Positions 7,774-17,662 of a stretch of DNA of 58,513 bases are shown piece after piece. The translations under genes were made by a program, and so were the position numbers. The stretch comes from Elusimicrobiota bacterium (lineage in GTDB: Bacteria; Elusimicrobiota; Elusimicrobia; UBA1565). The stretch is taken from positions 1 through 58,513 of the forward strand of contig JBDREN010000090.1 of NCBI GenBank assembly GCA_043819795.1, in the 5' to 3' direction. Position 1 is the first letter of the stretch, and the number at the start of each line of letters is the position of its first letter. The notes beneath the pieces are model-generated. The model saw nothing but the letters and a program-made list of their open reading frames with translations. It was not told the DNA's origin and ran no database searches.

Positions 7774-8424
7774 ATGCTTGAGCAGATAGCAAAGCGATTT
7801 GATGAAACTGAGGCTGAGGGTGGGCAGTGGGCTAGGCGTCCGCGTCCCCGGAATGACTATTTTGTAGCTGATGAGGCGCAGGGATGGGTGACGTCGACGA
7901 CCAACCTTATCTTTACCGTCACTCGCGGACATGGGCCGTACATGGAGCAAGTCAGGCAGTTATTGAACACAGACCACATGAAGGTGGGCGTGCCCATGGA
8001 GACTTTGAATCGGCTGCGGGGAATCCTGTCAGCGGTGCGGACGGACTGGGAAAGCGGGCTGCTGAGCCGCATTGAATATTTGATTGCAGCGGAGGATTTC
8101 GATTCTTTTCTGGACCACGCCAAGAATTACCTCAAGGCGGGACATCATCGGGAGGCGGGCGTGCTCGCAAGCGCCGTATTCGAGGATGCCGTCCGCAAGC
8201 TTGCCAAGAAATACGAACTTGATCCGGACGCCAAGATCGACCGCATCATAGATGATTTGGCCAAGGTCGAGGCGGTCACGCCCCTGCAGGCAAGGAGGAT
8301 GAAGGCAGCGGGTGCGGCGGTGCGGAATAAAGCTCTTCACGCCAAGTGGGATGAGTTCGACAGGGATGATGTGGAGGCGGCGATTCGCGTAACTGAGCAG
8401 CTTCTGGAGGGCCCTCTGCAGTAG
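7774..8424 (+). CDS. HEPN (DUF4145-like) putative RNase
   Basis: AGVLASAVFEDAVRKL and an intact RNKALH (Rx4H) motif; GAGGTG RBS. Confidence 0.75.
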   Translation: MLEQIAKRFDETEAEGGQWARRPRPRNDYFVADEAQGWVTSTTNLIFTVTRGHGPYMEQVRQLLNTDHMKVGVPMETLNRLRGILSAVRTDWESGLLSRIEYLIAAEDFDSFLDHAKNYLKAGHHREAGVLASAVFEDAVRKLAKKYELDPDAKIDRIIDDLAKVEAVTPLQARRMKAAGAAVRNKALHAKWDEFDRDDVEAAIRVTEQLLEGPLQ

Positions 8425-8569
8425 ACCGGCCCCACGCCAATCGTGTCGAGATAAGTGTCGAGATATGGCCAAAAACGGGCCTATTTTGGCAAACTACGGC
8501 AAAGAGTGCTTGCTCGGATTTGCCGCTGGCGTAAGGATTTTCTAGGAACGGGCTGGATTTTCTGGAGCG

Positions 8570-8617
8570 CGACACCAGGTTTTTCAGACCAGTGCTCTAC
8601 CACTGAGCTACCGCGGC
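8570..8617 (-). pseudogene. Intron-less 5' fragment of tRNA-Phe (positions 1-49), att junction
   Basis: GCCGCGGTAGCTCAGTGGTAGAGCACTGGTCTGAAAAACCTGGTGTCG; lacks T-arm and 3' acceptor strand; differs from the full copy at position 28 (T vs A). Confidence 0.92.
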
Positions 8618-8627
8618 AACGGGGCTT

Positions 8628-8633
8628 ATTCTA
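8628..8633 (-). promoter_or_regulatory. -10 box of the presumed ancestral chromosomal tRNA-Phe promoter
   Basis: TAGAAT 10 nt upstream of the tRNA fragment's first base. Confidence 0.5.
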
Positions 8634-8766
8634 CAAAAACTTTTCCTCAATCCGAAGCGGAGACCGGACCCGCGGAGAGCGCCGGGATGCCCCTGGGCGC
8701 GCGCGTTTCCGACGGCGCCGGGGATGCGTATGGAACTCGCCGCGGGTTAGTACTATAATCTCCCGC

Positions 8767-9636
8767 ATGAAAGGGATCATCCTCGCCGGGGGCTCCGGCA
8801 GCCGCCTCTACCCGCTTACGCGCGCCGTGAGCAAGCAGCTCGTGCCCATCTACGACAAGCCGATGGTCTTCTATCCGCTCTCGACTTTGATGCTCTCCGG
8901 CATCCGCGACATCCTCGTCATCACCACGCCGCACGAGGCCGACGGGTTCAAGCGCCTGCTCGGCGACGGCGCCTCGCTGGGGCTCACGATCCGCTACGCC
9001 AGCCAGCCCAAGCCGGAGGGGATCGCCCAGGCCTTCCTGATCGGAAGGGAATTCATCGGGAGCGACCACGTGGCGCTGGTCCTCGGCGACAACATTTTCT
9101 ACGGCCATGGGCTGCCCGAGCGCCTGCGCGCGGCCGCGGGCCGGGAAACGGGGGCCACCGTGTTCGGCTATCAGGTGCGCGACCCCGAGCGCTACGGCGT
9201 CGTCGCCTTCGACGCCGAGGGGCGCGCCGTCAGCCTGGAGGAGAAGCCGGAGAAGCCGCGCTCGAACTACGCGGTGACGGGCCTCTACTTCTACGACAAC
9301 CGGGTCGTGGAGATCGCGGCGGGGCTCAAGCCCTCAGGGCGGGGGGAGCTCGAGATCACCGACGTCAACCGCGTCTACCTCGAGTCGGGCGAGCTCCACG
9401 TCGAGAAGCTCGGGCGCGGCTTCGCCTGGCTCGATACGGGGACCCACGAGGCGCTGCTGCAGGCCTCGACCTTCATCCAGGCCATCGAGGAACGCCAGGG
9501 TCTCAAGGTGGCCTGCCTCGAGGAGATCGCCTACCGGCTCGGCTACATCACGGCCGAGGACGTCCGCCGCATGGCCGGGGAGATGGGCAAGACCGGCTAT
9601 GGCAGCTATCTGCTCCGCGTCCTCGAGGCCGAGTGA
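8767..9636 (+). CDS. rfbA: Glucose-1-phosphate thymidylyltransferase
   Basis: [18 protein letters not shown]...[11 protein letters not shown]...RGELEITD...WLDTGT. Confidence 0.97.
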   Translation: MKGIILAGGSGSRLYPLTRAVSKQLVPIYDKPMVFYPLSTLMLSGIRDILVITTPHEADGFKRLLGDGASLGLTIRYASQPKPEGIAQAFLIGREFIGSDHVALVLGDNIFYGHGLPERLRAAAGRETGATVFGYQVRDPERYGVVAFDAEGRAVSLEEKPEKPRSNYAVTGLYFYDNRVVEIAAGLKPSGRGELEITDVNRVYLESGELHVEKLGRGFAWLDTGTHEALLQASTFIQAIEERQGLKVACLEEIAYRLGYITAEDVRRMAGEMGKTGYGSYLLRVLEAE

Positions 9637-10184
9637 ACTTCGTTCCCACCGACTTGCCGGGAGTCCTCGTCGTGGAACCGGACGTGTTCCGCGACGCCCG
9701 GGGCTTCTTCCTGGAGACCTATCACGAGAGCAAGTACCGGGAGGGCGGGATCCCCGGGCCTTTCGTCCAGGACAACCAGTCCCGGTCGGTGAAGGGCACC
9801 CTGCGCGGCCTGCACCTGCAGCGCACGAAGCCGCAAGGAAAGCTCGTGCGCGCCATCGAGGGTGAGATCTTCGACGTCGCGGTGGATATCCGGCGGGGCT
9901 CGCCGAGCTTCGCCAATTGGGTCGGCGTCGTCCTCTCGGCGGAGAACTTCAAGCAGCTCTACGTGCCCCCGGGCTTCGCCCACGGCTTCTGCGTGCTCAG
10001 CGAGACGGCGCAGTTCGCCTACAAGTGCACCGACTTCTATGATCCGTCCGATGAGAAAGGGATCATCTGGAACGATGGGGCGATCGCGATCGATTGGCCC
10101 TTGCGCGAGCCGCTCCTGTCGGCCAAGGACGGCTCCTACCCGACGCTCTCAGAGATAGAGCGGGAACTGCCTGTCTACAAGTAG
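9633..10184 (+). CDS. rfbC: dTDP-4-dehydrorhamnose 3,5-epimerase
   Basis: DARGFF...QDNQSRS...LRGLH...GFAHGF...YKCTDFY; 4-bp overlap with rfbA. Confidence 0.97.
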   Translation: MNFVPTDLPGVLVVEPDVFRDARGFFLETYHESKYREGGIPGPFVQDNQSRSVKGTLRGLHLQRTKPQGKLVRAIEGEIFDVAVDIRRGSPSFANWVGVVLSAENFKQLYVPPGFAHGFCVLSETAQFAYKCTDFYDPSDEKGIIWNDGAIAIDWPLREPLLSAKDGSYPTLSEIERELPVYK

Positions 10185-10218
10185 GTATCGCCGGGCGTCG
10201 GACCTCGACCGCTGCGGA

Positions 10219-10524
10219 TCAGCACTTGACACAAATCCAGCCGTCGCGCACTTCGATGTGGAAAATCGGGATGTCCAGGCCGGCCTCGGAGAGGCACTTC
10301 CCGTTGGAGAGGTCCATCTTATAGCCGTGGGACCCGCAACGGATCACGTGGCCCCGGAGTTCCGCGTCCTCGAGGCTATCGCCCAGGTGGGGGCATTCGT
10401 TACTGCAGGCGTAGAAGCGCTTGCCGTTGTTGATAACCAGGATGTCGAGCGCTCCCAGCGGGAAGCGCATGCGTTGACCGGGGGGTATGTCCTCGACGGG
10501 ACACAGCTTCTCCCAGTTAGCCAT
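10219..10524 (-). CDS. Rieske [2Fe-2S] ferredoxin
   Basis: CPH...CGSH Rieske ligands in a 101-aa protein. Confidence 0.9.
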   Translation of the reverse strand: MANWEKLCPVEDIPPGQRMRFPLGALDILVINNGKRFYACSNECPHLGDSLEDAELRGHVIRCGSHGYKMDLSNGKCLSEAGLDIPIFHIEVRDGWICVKC

Positions 10525-10559
10525 TTCCACCAATAACTTAGCACCTTTTCCCGCGGGAT

Positions 10560-12140
10560 TCAATAAGAAAGACGGCCGGTCCGCAAGGCGAGGTCCTTGA
10601 GCATGGCCGTCTTTTGGGCGGGGATCGCGGCCTCGGAGAGCTCTTCCGCGTTCCAGGCGACGCGGTACGTCCAGTTCCGGGCGCTCACCGTGGCGGGGAC
10701 GTTGATCCGCTCCCGCGTCCCGAAAGCGTCCTGGAACAGCAGCAGCGCGAGCCCGGAGCCGGCGGCGTACAGGTTCTCGATCAGGCGCCGGTGGACGGTG
10801 TGCGAGAAGCGCGGCGCGCGCTCGGCCTTGCCTGTGACCATCCTCCAGTACGCGTCGCGGTGGGCCTGCCCGACCTCGCGCCACCACGTCGCCAGGGTGG
10901 AGGTGTCGTGATTGCTGTGCGCCGCCACCGACAGCGCCGGGAAGCCGCGCGGGTCGCGGAAGACGCCGTCGTCGGACTCCCAGCGCGTGACCCGGTAGCC
11001 GGGGACCTCCAGCTCGGCGAGCACCTCGGGCACGTACTCCGGTATGACGCCCAGGTCCTCGCCCACGACCCGGGCCGGGGCCGCCTCTTCGACGCACATC
11101 CCGAAGAACCGGCGGCCGCGCTCCCTCTGCGGCTCGGCTCCCTCGATGTCGAAGGCGCTGTCGCGTTTTCCGCCGTAGATCAACCAGGTGCGGAAGAACC
11201 CGACGGCGTGATCCATCCGTATCAGGTCGTAGAGCTCCCGGGCCTGGCGCAGGCGCCGCCGCCACCAGATGTGTCCGCCCGCCTCCATCCCGGCCCAGCG
11301 GTAGGCCGGCAGGCCCCAGGCCTGGCCGGTGGCGCTGTACTGGTCGGGGGGGGCTCCCATGGACGCCGAGAGCTCGTACTCCCCGGCCCGCGCCCAGACG
11401 TCGGCGCTCTCGCGGTTGAGCCCGAACGGGATATCGCCGAAGAGAAGGACGCCTCGGGCGGCGGCCCGGCGGCGCACCTCGGCCCACTGCTCGAACGTCA
11501 GCCACTGCAGATACTCATGCAGGCGTATCCGCTCTTGCAGCCTGGCGCGGGCCGCGGCCAGGGCCTCGGGCTCGCGGTCCCTAAGGCCGGCGGGCCAGCC
11601 GTTCCAGGGGCGCCAACCGGTCTCTTCCTTAAGGGCCCGGAAGAGCGCGTAGTCCGCCAGCCAGGCGCTTTGCGCCTCCGCGAAGGCGCGGAAGGCCTCC
11701 GTCCGGGGACCGCCGCGCCCGCGTTCGTCTTCGAACCGCGGGAACGCTTTTTCGAGGAAGCGCCGCTTGAACGCCCGCGTCTCGCCGAAACGCACGCGGG
11801 GGGACGCCCGCAGGCGGCTCGCCTCCGGACCGCGCATCGCGGCTTCCAGCTCGCTCCGGAGCGGCGCCGAATCCCGTATCTCGGGCACGTCCGGCAGCGA
11901 TATGTAGGCGCTGTCGAGCGCGAACGCGCTCACGGCCGTGTAGGGGCAGCTGTCCTTCGGCGCCAGGTCGCTCAGCGGCAGGAGCTGCAGCACCGACAGC
12001 CCGGACGACGGCATCCAGTCGAGCAGCCTCATGAGCGCGGCGGTGTCCCCGATGCCGGCGTCGTCGCGCGAGCGCAGGGCAGAGAGGGGGACCGTCACCC
12101 CGGCCCTTCGCGTCAGGATGTCCACTGGTTTTAGGTTCAT
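10560..12140 (-). CDS. malQ: 4-alpha-glucanotransferase (GH77)
   Basis: GIGD, LQLLPL, GDIPF, GAPPDQYSATGQAWGLP, RMDH, GEDLG, NHD, RINVP motifs; ATGA overlap with the upstream gene. Confidence 0.95.
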   Translation of the reverse strand: MNLKPVDILTRRAGVTVPLSALRSRDDAGIGDTAALMRLLDWMPSSGLSVLQLLPLSDLAPKDSCPYTAVSAFALDSAYISLPDVPEIRDSAPLRSELEAAMRGPEASRLRASPRVRFGETRAFKRRFLEKAFPRFEDERGRGGPRTEAFRAFAEAQSAWLADYALFRALKEETGWRPWNGWPAGLRDREPEALAAARARLQERIRLHEYLQWLTFEQWAEVRRRAAARGVLLFGDIPFGLNRESADVWARAGEYELSASMGAPPDQYSATGQAWGLPAYRWAGMEAGGHIWWRRRLRQARELYDLIRMDHAVGFFRTWLIYGGKRDSAFDIEGAEPQRERGRRFFGMCVEEAAPARVVGEDLGVIPEYVPEVLAELEVPGYRVTRWESDDGVFRDPRGFPALSVAAHSNHDTSTLATWWREVGQAHRDAYWRMVTGKAERAPRFSHTVHRRLIENLYAAGSGLALLLFQDAFGTRERINVPATVSARNWTYRVAWNAEELSEAAIPAQKTAMLKDLALRTGRLSY

Positions 12141-13381
12141 GCCGGTTGTCCTTGGGGGCCGCTGACCCGGACCGAACGCAGCAAGGGCCAGCAGGCGATT
12201 TTGGCGAGCGCGCCGACCGCGATCAGGATGGCCATCGTCCCGTGCGCGCCGGCGGACCCGGCCGCGAGGGTCTCGTAGGCCCGGGCGCCGGCGGTGTTCG
12301 AGGACCAGGCCGCCAGGTTGAACACGCTCATGAAGAGGGCGAACGCCGTCGCTTCGCCGTGCTCGGGGCAGGCGCGCGCCACGAGGTCCATCAGGCTCAG
12401 CCGCATGGCGACGCCGACCACGCCGAAGAAACTCGTCAGGGCCAGTGCGCTGGCGGGGCCCCGGTAGGCCCAGTACAGCAGCGTCAGGGGCGCGCTGAGC
12501 AAGACGCTCCACCGGACCAGCGTGGCCGTGTCGAGGAGGACGCTCCGCGTCCCGATGTTCACGCGCTTGTCGTAGTATCGCCAGAAAAGAGCGGCGCCGG
12601 CGACCCCGGCCAGGCCCTCGACCGAGGTGAGCGTCCCGATAAGGAGTTTCGAAAATCCCAGGGCGTCGGTCTGGTAATAAAAGAAGGCCGTGCCCTGGAA
12701 GGGATTGAAGCTGAAGAGCAGGAGGATCAGGCAGGCGGCCCAGAAGGCGCGGGTGGAGAGCAGACCGCGCATCCCGCGCCACAAGAGCCGCGCCTGGCGC
12801 CCCGCCGCGGCCGCGGGCGTCTCCGGGACGACGAAGGTCGTGGCGAAGATCGCCAGGGGGAATACGGCCGTGAGGGCGAAGATCATCCGGTAGGAGGCGT
12901 GCTGGGCGAGCCAGCCGCCGCCCACGCCGGTGGCGAAGAGAGTGAAATAGAGCGTGCCGATCTGGGCGGCCTGGTAGGCGCCGGTCTTGGCCAGGCGCTT
13001 GCCGTGCTCGACCATGACGCCGTCGCAGAGGACATCGGCGAAGGCGATGCCGGTGTTGACGAGCGCGAGCAGCGCCAGCACCGGCCAGTAGGCGTAGGCC
13101 CGCATCGCCGCCAGCCCGGCCCAGCCGGCCGTGGTCGCCGCCGAGAAGATCAGCAGGTAGGGGACGCGGCGCCGGCCCCCGAGCGGGAGGGCGTCCGAGA
13201 CGACGCCCATCAGCGGCCGGAACAAAAACGGCAGCGTCATCCACGCCACGAAGACGCCGCTCTCGGCCGCCGACAGCCCGAGGTCGTCCTTCAGAAGGTA
13301 CGCGATCGGCTCGTACGCGATGCCGACCATGCCCTGCGCGAAGTACGTGGCGATGAAGAAGAAATAGATGCGGTCTTTCAT
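12137..13381 (-). CDS. MFS transporter, folate-biopterin (BT1)-like
   Basis: About 12 TM helices; RPLMGVVSDALPLGGRRRVPYL and DVLCDGVMVE motifs. Confidence 0.85.
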   Translation of the reverse strand: MKDRIYFFFIATYFAQGMVGIAYEPIAYLLKDDLGLSAAESGVFVAWMTLPFLFRPLMGVVSDALPLGGRRRVPYLLIFSAATTAGWAGLAAMRAYAYWPVLALLALVNTGIAFADVLCDGVMVEHGKRLAKTGAYQAAQIGTLYFTLFATGVGGGWLAQHASYRMIFALTAVFPLAIFATTFVVPETPAAAAGRQARLLWRGMRGLLSTRAFWAACLILLLFSFNPFQGTAFFYYQTDALGFSKLLIGTLTSVEGLAGVAGAALFWRYYDKRVNIGTRSVLLDTATLVRWSVLLSAPLTLLYWAYRGPASALALTSFFGVVGVAMRLSLMDLVARACPEHGEATAFALFMSVFNLAAWSSNTAGARAYETLAAGSAGAHGTMAILIAVGALAKIACWPLLRSVRVSGPQGQPA

Positions 13382-13501
13382 CGGAACGTCCGGCTCGCCG
13401 GATCCGGGTGGGGCGCGGGACCGGCCCGCTGGCCAAGCCCTCCTCAAAAAATGTATAACTAGACCCGATTTTAACTTTTCTTCTCGGTCAGGGAGAACCA
13501 A

Positions 13502-14125
13502 ATGCCCACATTGATCCCGCAGGTCATCGAGCGCTCGAACCAGACGGCCGTCGTAGGCTACGACATCTATTCCCGCCTGCTCAAGGACCGCATCATCTTC
13601 GTGGGCGGCTACGAGGGAGAGGTGACGACCGATTCCGCCAACGTCCTCATCGCGCAGCTCTTATACCTGGACTCCGAGGACTCCGGCAAGGACATCAACC
13701 TTTACATCAACTCCCCGGGCGGCATGGTGACCGCCGGCCTCGCGGTCTACGATACCATGCAGTACGTCAAGGCGCCGATCACGACGATATGCATCGGCAT
13801 GGCGATGTCGTTCGGGGCGGTGCTGTTGGCCGCCGGCACGAAGGGGCGGCGTTTCGCCCTCCCGCAGTCCCGCATCATGATCCACCAGCCGCTGATCGGC
13901 GGGCACGGCATCTCGGGCCAGGCCAGCGATATCGAGGTGGAGGCCGGCGAGATGATGGCCACCAAGCGCATCCTTAACGAGATACTGGCCCGCCACTGCG
14001 GCCAGCCCGTCGAGAAGCTCGAGAAGGATTCCGAGCGGAACTTCTATCTGTCGGCGGAGGAGGCCAAGGACTACGGCCTCATCGACCAGGTGATCGCCAG
14101 CGCCAAGCAGGTCGTCAAGAAGTAG
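13502..14125 (+). CDS. clpP: ATP-dependent Clp protease proteolytic subunit
   Basis: [24 protein letters not shown] (catalytic Ser), IMIHQP, YGLID. Confidence 0.97.
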   Translation: MPTLIPQVIERSNQTAVVGYDIYSRLLKDRIIFVGGYEGEVTTDSANVLIAQLLYLDSEDSGKDINLYINSPGGMVTAGLAVYDTMQYVKAPITTICIGMAMSFGAVLLAAGTKGRRFALPQSRIMIHQPLIGGHGISGQASDIEVEAGEMMATKRILNEILARHCGQPVEKLEKDSERNFYLSAEEAKDYGLIDQVIASAKQVVKK

Positions 14126-14140
14126 ACCGCGTCCCCCACC

Positions 14141-15121
14141 TTACCGGCCTTTCTCAAGAACCGCCGCCAGCGTTTCGGTCAGCTTCGCCATCCTCTCGTA
14201 GTCGAGGGTCTCGGGCGTGTCGGCCGTGGTGTGGTAGTTCGGGTTCCGGAAGAAGGCCGTATCGGTCAGCATGAGCGCGGGGAAGCCGGCCTGCCAGAAG
14301 TTGAGATGGTCCGACAGGCTGATGGCCGGGATGAAGCGGGGCAGTCCGGCGGTCTCTAGGGGGAAATCCGAGCGGGCCCGCCATGTCTTCCGGACGGACC
14401 TCAGGAAGGAGAGGCTCGGTAGGTCTCCGACGAGCGCGATGAAATCGCCCCGGTCCGGATATAACCAGCGCAGGATGGGGGGATATCTCTGGGACTTGGG
14501 CTTCGGGCTGTAGTAGCCGAGCATCTCCAGGCTGATCATGCCCCGGACCTTCTCCCCGCGCGCCTTCAGCCGCTGGGCGTAGTGATGGCTGCCCATGTTC
14601 TTGGTTCCGAAGGAGGGGGGCTCCTCGGTCGAGAAGGCGACCAGCCGCAGCTCCTTGTCGAGCGTCTTGCCCCGCAGCAGGCGCGCGAGCTCGAGCAGCA
14701 CCGCCACGCCGCTGGCGTTGTCGTCGGCGCCCGGGGTGCCCGGGGCCGAGTCGTAGTGCGCGCCGACGACCCAGATGCCGGCTTCGCTTTTTCGGTCCTC
14801 GCCCAGCGCGGCGACGACGTTGTAGAACACGGCCTCCTCGGGGAAGGCCGGCAGGCCCTTGCCCCGGTATTCCTGCAGCTCGGGCGCGTACCCGTAGCGC
14901 GCCAGCTCGTCGCGGATGTAGTCCCTGGCGTTCAGCAGGGCCCGGGGGCGGTAGGGATTGCGCTCCCCGATGCGGACCGCCAGGGCTTGGACGTGCGCTT
15001 TGATCCTGGCCGCCGAGGCGGCGGCGGGCGGCTCCTCCTCGGCGCCGCGGGCGCCGGGTCGGGGGCTAAAAATCAGGCAGGTAAGGATCCCCAGGCAGAG
15101 ACGCGCGGGACCCGGCTTCAC
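14141..15121 (-). CDS. M28 family zinc peptidase with signal peptide
   Basis: GAHYDS, GADDNASG, EEPP, SDH, YHT motifs; GTG start overlaps the upstream stop. Confidence 0.9.
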   Translation of the reverse strand: MKPGPARLCLGILTCLIFSPRPGARGAEEEPPAAASAARIKAHVQALAVRIGERNPYRPRALLNARDYIRDELARYGYAPELQEYRGKGLPAFPEEAVFYNVVAALGEDRKSEAGIWVVGAHYDSAPGTPGADDNASGVAVLLELARLLRGKTLDKELRLVAFSTEEPPSFGTKNMGSHHYAQRLKARGEKVRGMISLEMLGYYSPKPKSQRYPPILRWLYPDRGDFIALVGDLPSLSFLRSVRKTWRARSDFPLETAGLPRFIPAISLSDHLNFWQAGFPALMLTDTAFFRNPNYHTTADTPETLDYERMAKLTETLAAVLEKGR

Positions 15122-16521
15122 TCTTCGGGCGGGGGAACGCGGACGGGACGCCGCATCTCTTTGAGGATGGCCCGCCGGCCCGTCAGGCCCCTCACGATGA
15201 CCTCGACCTCGATGCCGATCGGCGCGCGCCCTTCCTCGCCGATCCCCCAGCCGGGGCTCACCCGGTCGTCCTCGTAGGTGTTGATGACGAGCAAGCCGCG
15301 GCGGTACAGCTTCATCAGCTTGCTCTTGGGGACCCGGAACAGGTAGGGCTCGGTGTCGTTGAACCGGTAGTAGTTCAGGGCGAAGGTGGTCTTCGGCGCG
15401 GTCTCCATCCCCATCCCCATGACGTTCTGCTCGGAGCGGATCTTGCCGACCTTGCCCTCCTTCCAGAGAGCGAACTCTTTCTCGCTCATGACCCGGGAAA
15501 GGGTGACCGTCTTGGGCAGGCTGCGGAGGATCAGCCCGGTCTGGTCCACGGGCGTCCAGGAGCGCTTCCGGGGTCGACGTTGCACCGCGGAGAAGGGGGG
15601 CGGCCTGGCGCGTCGGCCGCTGGACCACACGTCCTCGATGTCGAGGGCCCACGTGGAGGTCAGGAACGCGATGCGTCCATCGGAGCGGAAGTCGAGGTCC
15701 ATGGTCTCCGACCAACCCGCGTCGACCGACTTGACCTTGAGCTTGGCCCGGTAATACGGGAACCGGGGGTGGTCGGCGATCCGCCGCACGCTCTTGACGG
15801 AGATCCGTACCGGCTTGTCCGGGAAGAGGGAGCGATTGGAGTGGAAGAGCGCGACGGCGGCGTCTCCCAAGTACGCCGGGAGCGCCTTCCTGGTCGAGGG
15901 CTTTTTTGCCCGCTGCCGCGTCCGGGCGGCGTTCGGAGTCCGGGCCCCGGCGCGGCGCGCGGCCGCCGAAGCGAAATCCGCCCGTACGCCCCGCGCGACC
16001 GGAGAGGCCGAGGCATCGGTCCGTGCCGCGCCGTCGAAGACGCGGCCCAGGGCGCGGCTGGCCGCGCTCGCGGGCTTCTCTCCCAGGGAGGCTAGCCGCT
16101 TGGCCGCCGAGCCAAGAGAGTGTCGCGCGCTTCGCCTTCCGTTCCCGGGGGTTGTGCTCCGGCCTAAGAGCGACGCGCGGGCGGGACCGGCGCCGGCCCC
16201 CTCCAAGGAAGTCGGCGCCGGCATCGCCATGGCCGCGGCGCGATAGGCCTCGGCTCGCTGGTATGCCTCGGCCAGAGGGCCTGTCTTCCAGACGGGGGCC
16301 GCCGGGCCGGTGAGAGAGAGGCCCGGCAGGGCGCTGCCCAAAGCCGGCCGCAAGAGAATATCCGCCGACGGCGCCGCGCTCCGCGCGGCCAGGCCCGCCG
16401 CGCCCAGCGCGCCGATCGCGGGCTGGACGGGACGCACGGCTACCGCCGCGCACGGGTTCGCATGGGCGGCGGCTGATAAGCCGCCCAGGAGCAGCGCCAG
16501 AAGCGTCGCCCGGGTACGCAT
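15118..16521 (-). CDS. Secreted hypothetical protein (signal peptide, Ala/Arg-rich linker, globular C-terminus)
   Basis: MRTRATLLALLLGGLSAAAHA signal peptide; translationally coupled to the M28 gene. Confidence 0.7.
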   Translation of the reverse strand: MRTRATLLALLLGGLSAAAHANPCAAVAVRPVQPAIGALGAAGLAARSAAPSADILLRPALGSALPGLSLTGPAAPVWKTGPLAEAYQRAEAYRAAAMAMPAPTSLEGAGAGPARASLLGRSTTPGNGRRSARHSLGSAAKRLASLGEKPASAASRALGRVFDGAARTDASASPVARGVRADFASAAARRAGARTPNAARTRQRAKKPSTRKALPAYLGDAAVALFHSNRSLFPDKPVRISVKSVRRIADHPRFPYYRAKLKVKSVDAGWSETMDLDFRSDGRIAFLTSTWALDIEDVWSSGRRARPPPFSAVQRRPRKRSWTPVDQTGLILRSLPKTVTLSRVMSEKEFALWKEGKVGKIRSEQNVMGMGMETAPKTTFALNYYRFNDTEPYLFRVPKSKLMKLYRRGLLVINTYEDDRVSPGWGIGEEGRAPIGIEVEVIVRGLTGRRAILKEMRRPVRVPPPEE

Positions 16522-16654
16522 CATTCTAAGGATAGCCGGATGGCGGCCTCCCGTCATGGGCCGTCGGGCGGGGGGCCCGGGGGGTCTATTGGCCTGCCGC
16601 GACCTTACCGGTCTTTAACGGCGGGCGCGAAGCGCCGGCCTTTTCGGTGTCGTT

Positions 16655-17662
16655 CTAGCCGTTGGCCTGCAGGCCGGTGACCGCGCCCAGCGTGACGATA
16701 TCGTCCACGCTGCAGCCGCGCGAGAGGTCGTTGACCGGCTTGTTGAAGCCTTGCAGGATGGGGCCGATCGCCTCGGCTTTGGCGAGCCGCTGCACTAGCT
16801 TGTAGCCGATGTTCGCGCTGTCGAGGTCCGGGAAGATGAGCACGTTGGCGCGGCCCGCGACCGGGCTGTCCGGCGCTTTGCGCCGGCCTATCTCCGGGAC
16901 GAGGGCCGCGTCCGCCTGCATCTCCCCGTCGATGGCGAGATCGGGCTGCCGCTCCTTGGCAATGCGCAGGGCCTCGCGGACCTTGTCCACGTGGGCGTGC
17001 TCGGCGCTCCCCTTGGTCGAGAACGAGAGCATCGCGACCCGGGGCTCCATGCCGCACAGGGTCTTCGCCATATTCGCCGTCGAGATGGCGATGAGCGCGA
17101 GCTTCGCGGGGGGCGGGTCCGGGTTGATCGCGCAGTCGGCCATCAGCATCAGGCCGTTGTCTCCGAGCGAGCAGTCCGGGACGACCATGATGAAGAAGCT
17201 GGAGATGGCTCGCACGCCTGGAGCGGGCTTGATGATCTGCAGCGCCGGACGGATCGTGTCGCCCGTGGCGTGTATGGCGCCGGACACGAAGCCGTCGACC
17301 CGGCCGGCGTCGAGCATCATTGTCGCGAAGTGGATGGGGTCGGCCATCAGTTTCTCGGCGTCCGCGACCGAGATCCCCTTGTGCTTGCGGAGTTCGTAGT
17401 AGCGCTCGGCGTATTCCCGCGCGCGCGCGTCCTTGGCGGGATCGACGATATCCACCTTTGAAATGTCCGCCGATTCCTTCTCGGCGGCGGCCCGGACGCG
17501 GGCGGCGTCGCCCACGAGCGACACCTCGGCGATGCCCTCTCGGCTCATGATGGAGGCGGCCGCGATCGTGCGGGGTTCCTCGCCTTCGGGAAGGACGAGG
17601 CGCTTGGGTGCCTTCTTGGCCCTGCTGCGGATGCTGTCGATGATGTTCATGGCCTCCATCAT
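16655..17662 (-). CDS. pta: Phosphate acetyltransferase
   Basis: VLPEGEEPR, ADCAINPDP, AMLSFSTKGS, DGEMQADAA, NIGYKL, DLSRG. Confidence 0.97.
   Translation of the reverse strand: MMEAMNIIDSIRSRAKKAPKRLVLPEGEEPRTIAAASIMSREGIAEVSLVGDAARVRAAAEKESADISKVDIVDPAKDARAREYAERYYELRKHKGISVADAEKLMADPIHFATMMLDAGRVDGFVSGAIHATGDTIRPALQIIKPAPGVRAISSFFIMVVPDCSLGDNGLMLMADCAINPDPPPAKLALIAISTANMAKTLCGMEPRVAMLSFSTKGSAEHAHVDKVREALRIAKERQPDLAIDGEMQADAALVPEIGRRKAPDSPVAGRANVLIFPDLDSANIGYKLVQRLAKAEAIGPILQGFNKPVNDLSRGCSVDDIVTLGAVTGLQANG

Larger units (their letters stand above)
921..8618. mobile_element. ~7.7-kb integrative element at tRNA-Phe bounded by tRNA-derived direct repeats
   Basis: 18-bp repeat CGACACCAGGTTTTTCAG at 921-938 and 8570-8587; 27-bp repeat at 1214-1240 and 8592-8618. 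Contains tyrosine integrase, excisionase-like HTH, replication-relaxation gene and TA/defence genes; housekeeping rfbA lies just outside. Confidence 0.88.

Noticed and set aside
8455..8766. N-terminal extension of rfbA
   Set aside because: Overlaps the tRNA fragment; the family starts at MKGIILAGG (8767).
10560..13436. 958-aa malQ fusion (similarly the 770-aa M28 and 428-aa Rieske ORFs)
   Set aside because: Extensions are Arg/Gly/Pro-rich off-frame read-through of upstream genes, typical of high-GC DNA.
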